This document shows, piece by piece, positions 10,264-19,701 of a stretch of 64,000 nt of DNA. The stretch spans positions 617-64,616 of the forward strand of contig DASCNA010000168.1 in the NCBI GenBank assembly GCA_036011305.1, written 5' to 3'. Under the pieces are notes generated by a model. That model did no database searches. It saw only the letters and a program-made list of their open reading frames with translations, and was not told where the DNA came from. Positions within the stretch are counted from its first letter, which is position 1. Every line of letters begins with the position of its first letter. Origin of the DNA: Victivallales bacterium (GTDB lineage: Bacteria > Verrucomicrobiota > Lentisphaeria > Victivallales > GWF2-38-69). The position numbers and the translations under genes are program-made.

Positions 10264-10935
10264 AATAGTTTTCTTTTTATTGTTATTTAATTTTTAGAAT
10301 TCCACGAAATCATTATTCATAAGGTATCAAGGCAGTTATTTACCTAATTCACCAGCAAAAATATTTTAGGTTAAAAAAAGAGACTGTCTGTTATTTTTTT
10401 ATTTCAAAAACAGTGTCTATTTCCAGACAAATTAGTGATGTTTGTCTTAAAATTAGTATAGAGTAACTCTTGCAGAGATTACGTTATTCTTCTGCAGTAA
10501 TTATGTGGATAGATAGTCTTTAGACTTTGCTAACATCTTAATACTGTACACTATCGGAAATATAATACCTTTTGACTTTTAGACAAAAAAATCAGTCCAT
10601 ATATATACAAATATCTCAAAAAACGTGCAAGAAATCACATTTTATTGCATTTACTGCACTTTCCAGAACTTCAAGAAGAAGATTGAGGTCGTCTTTATCT
10701 GATATTTTGTTGATACGCTTATAGATATGACTTATAGTGTCCAAAGGACACTTTGATTTTTTAAGTTAAATTGTAATATATTCACAGTCATAAAAATTAA
10801 TCCTAAGAAAATACATTCCCTGATTGACAAAACACTGATTGCACGGTAGTTTGTACCGGAAAGTATATTGATATGGGAATATGTTCCATGTTTTTATTAA
10901 GAAAGAATTAGTTTTAGTTTAAAGGGACTTTAGAT

Positions 10936-12321
10936 ATGAAATTAGCAGTATTAGGTGGCGGTGGAGTTAGATCTCCTTTTCTTGCAAAATCTATAGTAGC
11001 CAACTGTTCAAAAGTGGGGCTTACAGAAGTTATATTCATGGATAATAATGCAAAAAAACTATCTATTTATGGTAAAATTGCAAAGGTAGTAGCAAAAAAG
11101 CTTGATCCTTCTTTAAACTTCAAAACCACTACTGATGCAGTTGAAGCTGTAAAAGACGCAGATTTTGTTATCACTACATTAAGAGTGGGAGAAGATAAAG
11201 CCAGAACTTATGATGAAAGAGTTGCTCTTGATTTAGGTGTACTGGGACAGGAAACAACAGGTGCCGGCGGATTTGCTATGGCAATGAGATCTATTCCAGT
11301 ATTACTTGATTATTGTAAAATGATAAAAAAACATGCTAAAAAGAATGTTCAGATATTTAACTTTACTAATCCGTCAGGACTGGTAACCCAGGCTTTGAGA
11401 TCCGAAGGGTATGATAATGTCTATGGTGTTTGTGATGCACCTAGCGGTTTTAAAATTCAGCTTTTAGATCTTCTTAAAGTTGAAGACAGTGAACTTTCCA
11501 TGGAATGTTTCGGACTTAATCATCTTTCATGGTTTAGAAAGTTTATTCTTAACGGAAAGGATATATCTAAGGACTTACTTGCAGATAAAAGATTATATTC
11601 TGATACAGAAATGCATATTTTCGATCCTGAATTAGTTAGATTGTCTGGCGGCGATATGATGTTAAATGAATATCTTTACTTTTTCTATTACAGAGAAAGA
11701 GCTGTAGAATCTATTTTGAATTCAAAACAGACACGCGGTGAAAGTATTCTTGATATTAACCGTGATATGACTGAAAAGCTCGAGAAACTAGATATTGAAT
11801 CTGATATAGAGAAAGCGTTCGAAATATTTATGACCTCCTATATGGAGAGAGAAAACAGTTATATGTCAGCCGAATCAGGAGAAGGAAGGGCATGTCCTAA
11901 GTCTATTCCTACTCTTCAGGAATATCTTGATGCACCTGATGAAGGTGGTTATGCAGGTGTAGCTTTAAAATTTGTTAATGCTGTCAATACTGGTGAAAAT
12001 GTTGAAATGGTTTTATCTGTGCCGAATAACGGTGCAATTGATGGGCTTGAAGATGATGATGTTGTTGAAATAAGTTGTAATATTGATAGAGATGGAGCTC
12101 ATCCTGTAAAAATGAGAGAGATTCCTGATTTCCAAATGAATTTGATCAGAACAGTTAAATTTTATGAAAAAATGGCAGTTAAAGCCATTATTGAAAAAAA
12201 TAGAGATGCTGCGGTAATCGCACTGACAGCGCATCCGTTGGTCAATTCATACAGTCTTGCTGTGAAGCTTGTCGCTAAATATCTTGAAGTGCATTCAGAA
12301 TATACAGGAGATTGGAAATAA
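10936..12321 (+). CDS. Glycoside hydrolase family 4 (6-phospho-glycosidase type, NAD/Mn dependent)
   Basis: N-terminal Rossmann motif MKLAVLGGGGVRSPF. The size (461 aa) and the blocks ITTLRVG, NFTNPSG and VCDAPSG are typical of GH4. Confidence 0.8.
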   Translation: MKLAVLGGGGVRSPFLAKSIVANCSKVGLTEVIFMDNNAKKLSIYGKIAKVVAKKLDPSLNFKTTTDAVEAVKDADFVITTLRVGEDKARTYDERVALDLGVLGQETTGAGGFAMAMRSIPVLLDYCKMIKKHAKKNVQIFNFTNPSGLVTQALRSEGYDNVYGVCDAPSGFKIQLLDLLKVEDSELSMECFGLNHLSWFRKFILNGKDISKDLLADKRLYSDTEMHIFDPELVRLSGGDMMLNEYLYFFYYRERAVESILNSKQTRGESILDINRDMTEKLEKLDIESDIEKAFEIFMTSYMERENSYMSAESGEGRACPKSIPTLQEYLDAPDEGGYAGVALKFVNAVNTGENVEMVLSVPNNGAIDGLEDDDVVEISCNIDRDGAHPVKMREIPDFQMNLIRTVKFYEKMAVKAIIEKNRDAAVIALTAHPLVNSYSLAVKLVAKYLEVHSEYTGDWK

Positions 12322-13214
12322 TGTCAGTAGCAGTATTCAGCAGACTAAATTTAGATATCATATATTCTGGTATTGATCGACTTCCTGAAAAAGGTGAGGA
12401 GATCTACTCCGATCATTTTGATATCCAACTAGGCGGAGGTGCACCTGTTCTCCCCATTGTTTTAAAAAGGCTCAATGTCAAAGGTAAGCTTGGAACTTAT
12501 CTTTCAGATGATCTGGTCAGTACATTGGTAAAAGGTTTATTAAAGACACTCGATTTTGACGATTATCATAATTTTTATAAAAAATCAGGCAAACCTGTTA
12601 TTGTAACCAGTGTAATATCGTTCAGTGATGATAGAAGTTTTATCTCTTTTGAAGATAACAGCGGAGAAACACTCTGTACAGAACAGGAAGTTTATGATTT
12701 TTTCACAGGTTCAAAAGTGTGCTGGGCTTTAGGTGAATATCCGGAAGTAATGGCTAAGCTGAAGAAAGAAGGCACAACTTTAGTCTATGATATAGGCTGG
12801 GACGGTGTTAAACATGTTTCGAACTATAAAGAAATTTTAAGCATAGTAGATGTCTTTACTCCCAACGATAAAGAAGCAATGGCACTAACAGAAACATCTT
12901 CTCCGAAAGATGCAGTAAAAATACTTGCTGAATATGTAAAACATCCAGTTGTAAAAATAGGAAAAGAAGGATGTTTGACCTATAAAAATGGAAATGTTGT
13001 TAATGTAGGACTGCCCTATAAGGTAAATGCTATTGATACAACAGGTGCAGGTGATAATTTTCTTGCAGGCCTGACTTATGGGCTGGATAAAGACTGGTGT
13101 ATAGAAGACTGTATGAAAATGGGCAATATCATAGGTGCAAATTCTACTACTGAATTAGGATGCTATAAAGCTTATCTTTCAGAGGAAGAAGCACTGAATT
13201 ATTTTCATATATAA
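12321..13214 (+). CDS. PfkB-family carbohydrate kinase
   Basis: C-terminal DTTGAGDNFLAG motif. ATG 12321 overlaps the GH4 stop (TAATG), and GGAG lies at 12307-12310. The track start 12312 is TTG. Confidence 0.85.
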   Translation: MSVAVFSRLNLDIIYSGIDRLPEKGEEIYSDHFDIQLGGGAPVLPIVLKRLNVKGKLGTYLSDDLVSTLVKGLLKTLDFDDYHNFYKKSGKPVIVTSVISFSDDRSFISFEDNSGETLCTEQEVYDFFTGSKVCWALGEYPEVMAKLKKEGTTLVYDIGWDGVKHVSNYKEILSIVDVFTPNDKEAMALTETSSPKDAVKILAEYVKHPVVKIGKEGCLTYKNGNVVNVGLPYKVNAIDTTGAGDNFLAGLTYGLDKDWCIEDCMKMGNIIGANSTTELGCYKAYLSEEEALNYFHI

Positions 13215-13317
13215 TTTATCAATCCATCTCGTGGTTTTTTTTGAGTTATATTATACTCCGGGTTGATAGCCCGGAGGTTACAATAGAAGCTACTTTTGAT
13301 ACAGGAGGGGTAATCAA

Positions 13318-13377
13318 ATGAGAATTTTACTGAAATTGATTGATAAAAATGTGACATTCAGGCTGGAAAGACACTAA
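13318..13377 (+). CDS. Candidate 19-codon upstream ORF (MRILLKLIDKNVTFRLERH)
   Basis: AGGAGG at 13303-13308 lies 9 nt before ATG 13318. Its stop TAA (13375-13377) overlaps the ATG of the next gene (TAATG). Confidence 0.3.
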   Translation: MRILLKLIDKNVTFRLERH

Positions 13378-14057
13378 TGAATATAACAACTGTTAATCAG
13401 CAGTCAGCAGTCAGTTACTCCAATGAAAAATGCATTTTATGCGGAAGTTCAGGTTTATCTTTATTTTATCAAAATGCTAAGCGTGACTTTCTTCTCTGCC
13501 CTGAATGCGATCTTGTTTTCGTACCTGAAAACCAGCGTTTAAACTCAAAGGAAGAGTTCAGAAGGTATAATTTTCATCAGAATAATCCGGAAGATGAAGG
13601 CTATAGAAAATTTCTGAATAGAATTTTCAAACCTATGAATGATTTAATATATCCAGGCAGCAAAGGATTGGACTTTGGCTCAGGTCCAGGGCCTGTCTTG
13701 AGTTTGATGTTTTCTGAAGTTGGCCATGATATGAATATTTATGATCACTATTTTAATAATGATCGTTCTGTTTTTAAGAAAAAATATGATTTCATTACTG
13801 CAACTGAAGTAGTAGAGCATCTTTTTGATCCGCTTAAAGAATTGGAACTTTTATGGTTTTGTTTAAATCAAGGTGGATATTTAGGCATTATGACGAATCT
13901 TGTAAAAGATCAGGAATCTTTTCCCAAATGGTACTATAAAGATGATGAAACTCATGTCACTTTCTTTTCTGAAAATACATTTCTATGGCTGCAAAAAAAA
14001 TGGAATTCATCAGTTAGTTTTGTAAGTGAAAATGTAATAATATTTGAAAAACCATAA
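13377..14057 (+). CDS. Class I SAM-dependent methyltransferase with an N-terminal CxxC...CxxC zinc-ribbon
   Basis: CILCGS...CPECDL is followed by SAM motif I (GLDFGSGPG) and a downstream acidic motif (ITATEVVEH). Confidence 0.75.
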   Translation: MNITTVNQQSAVSYSNEKCILCGSSGLSLFYQNAKRDFLLCPECDLVFVPENQRLNSKEEFRRYNFHQNNPEDEGYRKFLNRIFKPMNDLIYPGSKGLDFGSGPGPVLSLMFSEVGHDMNIYDHYFNNDRSVFKKKYDFITATEVVEHLFDPLKELELLWFCLNQGGYLGIMTNLVKDQESFPKWYYKDDETHVTFFSENTFLWLQKKWNSSVSFVSENVIIFEKP

Positions 14058-14093
14058 GGTTTAAATTAATAAAAATCAAAAAAAGGGGATAAA

Positions 14094-14990
14094 ATGAAAC
14101 AGACAGGTCGTGTAATGTTAATTATCGGAACACTGATTTTTACATTCATTTTTACCAAAACATTTGCAGAGAATAATAAACTTCCTATCACAGGTGTAAC
14201 TGCACTTGAAAAAGCACACGCTCATAACGACTATGATCATACTGTACCTCTATTTGATGCTTTAGATCACGGCTTTACAAGAATTGAACCTGATGTTTTT
14301 ATCCTCTATAAAGATCCTGGGACAGGAGAAGTGATTAATGATAAACTTAAACATTTTAATGAATCAGGCCAGACCGATATCAGCAACTATATAATTATGG
14401 TTGGACATAATTATGGAGAATATAAAGGAACACTCTATGAACTGTATATAAAGCCATTGGAACAGTTAAAATCTGGGCAGTTTGTTTTTGAAGGTTATAA
14501 TAAACCAATTTTATATATGATAGATATGAAAACAAATTATCCAGGTTCTGTAGAGTTTATGAATACTTATCTAGCTCAATATAAAACTCTTTTTAACAAT
14601 TATAATTCAAATATAATGGATAAACCTGTTAACGTTATTTTAAGTGGATATAATGGAGGAGATTTTAGAGAATCTGATTATAATTATCTACTTTCTGTAC
14701 AAAATAGATACATTGGAATTGACGGTAGAGTGGATAAACCTTTGTTCGGGCAGAATAAATCTCCTGAACTTTTCCCGTTGATAAGTAATTCATGGGACAA
14801 CAGAACTGATGAAGAATTTTACAAAGATATAAAAGAAGCTCATGCGGATGGGCATCAGATTAGATTCTGGGGAATTGATGATAATTTGTCAACCTGGGAA
14901 AAACTGTATGATGCAGGTATGGATGTTATATCCACGGATAACCTTCAGGGTGTAGAGGATTTTCTGTTGTCAAAGATGACTAAAAAATAA
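14094..14990 (+). CDS. Secreted PLC-like phosphodiesterase superfamily protein (AIM6/GDPD-like), function uncertain
   Basis: A signal peptide is present. The early HAHNDY motif resembles the HxHNDY motif of AIM6-type PLC-like phosphodiesterases. AGGGGA RBS. Confidence 0.45.
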   Translation: MKQTGRVMLIIGTLIFTFIFTKTFAENNKLPITGVTALEKAHAHNDYDHTVPLFDALDHGFTRIEPDVFILYKDPGTGEVINDKLKHFNESGQTDISNYIIMVGHNYGEYKGTLYELYIKPLEQLKSGQFVFEGYNKPILYMIDMKTNYPGSVEFMNTYLAQYKTLFNNYNSNIMDKPVNVILSGYNGGDFRESDYNYLLSVQNRYIGIDGRVDKPLFGQNKSPELFPLISNSWDNRTDEEFYKDIKEAHADGHQIRFWGIDDNLSTWEKLYDAGMDVISTDNLQGVEDFLLSKMTKK

Positions 14991-15013
14991 TAAGTTCTGA
15001 AGATATTTTCAGC

Positions 15014-15055
15014 TTTCTCACATATTCCTATGGTATATGTGAGAAATTATTTAAT
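15014..15055 (+). terminator. Rho-independent terminator
   Basis: A 12-bp perfect stem: TTTCTCACATAT (15014-15025) pairs with ATATGTGAGAAA (15035-15046). A T-rich tail follows. Confidence 0.7.
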
Positions 15056-15159
15056 TTAGATTAATAAAAATTTGATACTGTTACTGTTTATTTTCTCAGC
15101 ATCAGCGATATAATTTGATGAATAATTAAAAACTCTATATATCATAAGGAATTATTTAA

Positions 15160-15810
15160 TTGCATTATTTGCTGATCTTATTCGTTTTATTAATCGCTTC
15201 GTGTGCTAACAATAATCATCCTGCTTCAAATACAGTGAAACATTCACAACCGCCTCCGCCTACCAGATTTCCTCCATCTCCCAAAAAAAATAACAATAAA
15301 TCACCAATATATAAGGCAAAAAAAATAAGTAATGGTCTGGTAACGTATAAGTCATTAAATATAAAAGGATACAAAAACAGACCTGTAGTTATTGATTCTC
15401 TTTTTCTACCTACTTTAAAGAAAATTAATACACTGGCAAAAAAGAATAAAATAACTGTAGTGGTAACAAGCTCATTTAGAAAAGCTGATCAAAAGTTAAC
15501 CGGAACAGTTGTTAAACCCGCAAGATACTCTAACCATCTTACAGGACATGCCATTGACATGAATATAGTTTATAAAAATAGGTGGTACAGTTCTGCGAGT
15601 TTAAAAAAATCTAATTTACGTAATTTGCCTTATAATGTTCAACATTTTATAAATGGATTGAGAAAGGAACCTGATATCAGATGGGGAGGTGACTTTAATA
15701 CGGAAGATCCTGTTCATATAGATGATAACTTCAATTCCAACCTTGTGAAATGGAAAGTTAGGTATTCTCTTTGTCAAAAACAGGCATATTCCGATGTATT
15801 AGAAATGTAA
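15160..15810 (+). CDS. Peptidase M15 (VanY / D-Ala-D-Ala carboxypeptidase-like) lipoprotein
   Basis: Lipobox LLIASC. Zn-site motifs SNHLTGHAID and VHID. TTG start with AAGGA upstream. Confidence 0.7.
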   Translation: MHYLLILFVLLIASCANNNHPASNTVKHSQPPPPTRFPPSPKKNNNKSPIYKAKKISNGLVTYKSLNIKGYKNRPVVIDSLFLPTLKKINTLAKKNKITVVVTSSFRKADQKLTGTVVKPARYSNHLTGHAIDMNIVYKNRWYSSASLKKSNLRNLPYNVQHFINGLRKEPDIRWGGDFNTEDPVHIDDNFNSNLVKWKVRYSLCQKQAYSDVLEM

Positions 15811-16746
15811 ATACTGCAGTAAAAAATAATAAAAAAATAGTATTGTAACCATAAATAGGATATTTGTTAATAGCAGTATGTTTGCTGATTCAGTTACAAA
15901 TGAGTTATATTTATGAGAAAATAGAATTGGTAGTGCACCTGATGATATTCCGAAGCTTAAGATCAGAATAATAGCCAAATAACCTCTTAGACCTAATATA
16001 TATACAATCAGAAGAGCAATAAGAGGCTGTATAATTAGTTTTATTATTACAGCAGATAATATCGTTTTAGTAATTCTAAACCCTCTTCCGCTCAGAGATA
16101 CACCGACAACAAATAATACTATTCCTGCTGTAGATCTGCCTAGTATATGTAATGAAGAGTGTATTGCATAAGGAATATGAATATTAAAACATGAGAAGGC
16201 TATTCCAATGAAGCTGGCAAAAATTATTGGCTGGCAGCAAGCTCTTTTGATACTTTTTAATATTATTTTAGATCTTGATTCATTTTTATCATGATTGGAT
16301 ATTTCAAGTAGTATAATAACTGTAGGAAGACATATAATTGATGTTATCAATATAATAACTGAGACGGCATTGATACCTTTATCATTAAACAGGGAGGCAA
16401 ATAGGACCAAACCGATATAAGTAAAATTAGACCAGCTTGTGAGCATAGAATAAAGTATTTTTGCTGTGTCGGAAATTTTAAGAAAAAAATTGCTAATGAT
16501 ATATGATAGTAAAAAAGTAATATAAAATACCAGAATTATACCGATAATAAATCTTATGTTAAATATTGTATTAATTTGTGTACTTGAAAAAGATACAAAC
16601 AACAGGGCTGGGACAGTAAAGTTTAAGGCAAATTCACTGAGAACTTCTTTAGATTTTTTATTACACCATCCAAATTTTGCAGCTAAAAAACCAATTAGAA
16701 TTATCAGCACTACAGAAATAACTGCTTCAAAAAGTTTATAATACAT
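15799..16746 (-). CDS. AEC (auxin efflux carrier) family permease
   Basis: 315 aa, about 10 TM in a 5+5 arrangement with a hydrophilic central loop. The call is by general similarity. It overlaps the convergent M15 gene by 12 nt. Confidence 0.7.
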   Translation of the reverse strand: MYYKLFEAVISVVLIILIGFLAAKFGWCNKKSKEVLSEFALNFTVPALLFVSFSSTQINTIFNIRFIIGIILVFYITFLLSYIISNFFLKISDTAKILYSMLTSWSNFTYIGLVLFASLFNDKGINAVSVIILITSIICLPTVIILLEISNHDKNESRSKIILKSIKRACCQPIIFASFIGIAFSCFNIHIPYAIHSSLHILGRSTAGIVLFVVGVSLSGRGFRITKTILSAVIIKLIIQPLIALLIVYILGLRGYLAIILILSFGISSGALPILFSHKYNSFVTESANILLLTNILFMVTILFFYYFLLQYLHF

Positions 16747-17007
16747 AATTTGCCTGTATATAAGTAATTACTTCTAAATTAAGAACTTTTAAAAACATAA
16801 TTCAAAATATGATATATTCAATCCTGTATATTATCTTACGTATTGAAGGATGTAAGGATATTCAGATACGAATTGATAAAAGATAAGAGAGGTGAAAATA
16901 CTAATAACTGATAATTATTCCTGTTGATATTCCAGCTGTTGTCAGATATAAATGTTTCTTAATCGTATTTATCACTAAAAATACAATAAAAATGAAGAGA
17001 ATCTTAT

Positions 17008-18807
17008 ATGTCCTTTGAATTACTTTACATGCAGATTTTATGTGTAGGAATATTAATTTTATCTGCATATTTTGGAGGTAAATTTTCAAGGCAGTTACGT
17101 TGCGGAGAAATAGTAGGTCAGGTAATTGGAGGACTTGTTGCCGGACCAATTGTGTTATATTTGATTGGACACTCAATACCTGCCTATCATGAAGCATTGA
17201 AATCACTTCATTTCTTTACTTTCTTATTTTTAGGAATCATTGTTTTCGGCATTGGAGATGAACTGTGTTTCTCTAAAATGAAAGACATCGGCAGAGATGT
17301 ATTTATCGTTTGTTTTATTCAGGCATTTGTAACCTGGGCTCTGCTTACATCTACATTTATACTGCTTGGTTACAGTTTAATAGTATCTCTTATCATAGGA
17401 AGTATCGGTATTGCTACAGCTCCGGCTTCAACCTTTGTTATAATGAATAAACTTGGCATAACCGGGAAAATGCGTGAAATGCTAGGGGGCATTGTAGTAT
17501 TGGATGATGTTATAGAGGTAATTATTTTTTCAATAACTGTTCAAATTGCACTTATTCTGAAAGGCAATTCGTTTTTCTCCTGGGACAAACTGGTTTTTCC
17601 GGTAATAAAAGAATTTGTTTTTGCAATATTACTGGGGATAGGTATTTTTATTTTTCTCCGCATTGTAATTGACAAAAGATGGTTGAAGCAGAAGAAAAAA
17701 AAACGTTCAGGCCCGGTACTTGGTCCAGAATTTTTATCACGCCTTATTTCAGAGATGTCATCACCGTCAATTGAAACTTTTATTTTGATATGCAGCTGTG
17801 TTGCAATTGGTATCGGTTTCGCTCTGCATTGGCATCTTCCATTTTTGATAACAGCAGTAACTGCCGGAATCCTTATATCAAACTTATATAATAGGCAGGT
17901 ATTTGATTCCCTCAGTATTGAGAATGCTACACCTATATATACTCTCCTCTTTTTTGCTCTAATAGGAGCAAATGCCAATATCGAATCATTCCATCCACAG
18001 AATTTTCTTCCCGTTATTGCTTATATTGCGGCAAGAGCAGCCGGTAAATTATCAGGGACATGGCTTGGATGTAAAGTTACCGGTCAGGATAAAAGATTTA
18101 GTTTTTGTCTACCTCAACTTATGCTGCCTCAGGCTGGCGTTGCAGCAATAGAAGCATTTTTTGTTGCTGTTATTTTAGGGAAGCAGGGAGAGGTTATTTT
18201 AAGTATTGTACTTCCTGGTCTGATAGTTTTATCTGTTGTAGGAATATTTTTATCAGAGCGTACTCTTCTTAAATGGAGATCCTGGGTTACCGGAGGGGGA
18301 GATTTTATCAGAGAGGAAGATATGATAAAAGATAAGCTGAAAAATCAGAAACTTAATTTTCGTGATTTCCTCTATCCAGGATCATTAAAAATACCGTTGA
18401 CTTCTGACTCAAAAGGCGAAGTAATCTGGGATTTTATTCAAACAGCGCATTCATTAAGATTTATAGATAATCCAGGTGAAGTGCTGGAAAAAATTCTTGA
18501 AAGAGAGCGTCAGGGAGGTACTACTTTGGGTGAAGGTATAGCTATTCTTCACTGTAGACTTAAAGAACTTGAGAAACCTGTCATACTGCTTGGTGTTCTG
18601 CCGGAAAACGACAGCCTGATTTTCGGCAGTTCAAAAGATGATCGTGTCAATATAATCTACATGGTGCTCTCTCCTTCTGATCGCCCTGAACTGCACTTGC
18701 AGGTAATGGCTTCGATAGCCAAATTTCTTTCAGATGTTAAGCTGAGAAAACAACTAAGCTGTTCAAAAAATGAACAGGAGGCTTTGAAAATCATCAATGA
18801 GTATTAA
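17008..18807 (+). CDS. CPA2-type cation:proton antiporter fused to a C-terminal PTS EIIA (fructose/nitrogen type) domain
   Basis: The N-terminal ~430 aa is a polytopic Na/H-exchanger-like domain. The C-terminal ~145 aa carries the EIIA-2 motif GEGIAILHCRL, with a candidate phospho-His. Confidence 0.8.
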   Translation: MSFELLYMQILCVGILILSAYFGGKFSRQLRCGEIVGQVIGGLVAGPIVLYLIGHSIPAYHEALKSLHFFTFLFLGIIVFGIGDELCFSKMKDIGRDVFIVCFIQAFVTWALLTSTFILLGYSLIVSLIIGSIGIATAPASTFVIMNKLGITGKMREMLGGIVVLDDVIEVIIFSITVQIALILKGNSFFSWDKLVFPVIKEFVFAILLGIGIFIFLRIVIDKRWLKQKKKKRSGPVLGPEFLSRLISEMSSPSIETFILICSCVAIGIGFALHWHLPFLITAVTAGILISNLYNRQVFDSLSIENATPIYTLLFFALIGANANIESFHPQNFLPVIAYIAARAAGKLSGTWLGCKVTGQDKRFSFCLPQLMLPQAGVAAIEAFFVAVILGKQGEVILSIVLPGLIVLSVVGIFLSERTLLKWRSWVTGGGDFIREEDMIKDKLKNQKLNFRDFLYPGSLKIPLTSDSKGEVIWDFIQTAHSLRFIDNPGEVLEKILERERQGGTTLGEGIAILHCRLKELEKPVILLGVLPENDSLIFGSSKDDRVNIIYMVLSPSDRPELHLQVMASIAKFLSDVKLRKQLSCSKNEQEALKIINEY

Positions 18808-19033
18808 TGAAGTTTAATGCAGGATAAGGAAGTTACTTTTTGGGAACTGTTTGAATTTATAATAAAGGATTTTTTCGAACACAGAGTTAGCAATAATGGA
18901 CTACAGTTTTCAACCTGCTCAACTCGTTATAAACTCCAACTTTTGAAACTATATTTTTGAGTTAGTTATTGTTTCTACCTCAAATATATAAGATTAAGTT
19001 TTCTAGTCAAGTATGTTAAATTCTTGTAACTGT

Positions 19034-19498
19034 TTATTTTACTGTTGATATAAACTCAGATCCTTCCCATTTTAATATTCGTTTAATTTTTAAGAAAAAT
19101 TCAGGTCCCATTGCAAGTATACTTAGGATAGACAGTATATCAAGGGTAGGTAGTACATAGAGCCATGTATTGCCTGTCATAGTAATTATTCCAGTCAATT
19201 CAAGATAGATCAAAATTAAATTGGCAAAGAAACAGCAAATGAAAATTATGAGTCCGGTCATATAGCGTATTTTACCTGCAGGTCTGAATATTTTACTCTT
19301 CATATTTTTTACAGCTTCTTTACCTGCAAGCATTATTCCTATTATAATACATAGTTCTGGCCCACCAATTACTAGCACGCTTATCAATGTTCCGCTGATA
19401 TATGTCGGTAGGTTCAGCATTGATACCAAAAACGAGAATATTGGAAGAATAAAACTTAAAATGATAAAGGCTATTCCTATTTTTGATTTTAAATTCAT
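19034..19498 (-). CDS. Small integral membrane protein (4-5 TM), unknown function
   Basis: 154-aa ORF, strongly hydrophobic, with no recognisable motif. Confidence 0.55.
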   Translation of the reverse strand: MNLKSKIGIAFIILSFILPIFSFLVSMLNLPTYISGTLISVLVIGGPELCIIIGIMLAGKEAVKNMKSKIFRPAGKIRYMTGLIIFICCFFANLILIYLELTGIITMTGNTWLYVLPTLDILSILSILAMGPEFFLKIKRILKWEGSEFISTVK

Positions 19499-19613
19499 AA
19501 TTTATTTCCAGTTTCTTTAAGTGAATGAGTGTTGCGAATTAACAATTATTACTGTTATTATATTTTATGATAATTCAATAATAAAAAATTACTATCCAGC
19601 ACTTTTGAGTCAA

Positions 19614-19658
19614 AGAAAAAAATAGACTCTGATAAAGTTATACTTTGTCAGAGTCTAT
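19614..19658 (-). terminator. Rho-independent terminator of the TolC-like gene
   Basis: A 16-bp stem (19622-19637 pairs with 19643-19658, one G-U pair) with a 5-nt loop. The A-run at 19616-19621 gives a U-tract on the minus strand. Confidence 0.75.
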
Positions 19659-19701
19659 CAATATAAAACCTGCATAAGACAAGTTTTTGAAATTAAAAAT
19701 A

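Noticed and set aside
10600-10750. A possible transposase or other gene remnant on the minus strand (a 50-codon stop-free stretch, ...ISHIYKRINKISDKDDLNLLLEVLESAVNAIKCDFLHVF*).
   Set aside because: It has no start codon and no motif I can assign to any IS family. The stretch is too short to tell apart from chance. I only note it as part of an unusually long non-coding region.
16901-17206. The 101-aa ORF in the AEC / CPA2 divergent region as a small regulator.
   Set aside because: It overlaps the 5' end of the CPA2 gene in antisense. It has no RBS and its sequence is low-complexity.
17541-17978. Long antisense or alternative-frame ORFs inside confident genes: 448-666, 1807-2061, 3262-3471, 5585-5821, 6649-6894, 7925-8218, 9822-10076, 12013-12234, 17541-17978, 32400-32792, 36652-36906, 37420-37743, 43928-44326, 45198-45557, 48563-48877, 57463-57807 and others.
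   Set aside because: Each lies wholly inside a longer ORF that has recognisable family motifs. They have no RBS or motif support and show odd, low-complexity composition. I treat them as shadow ORFs.
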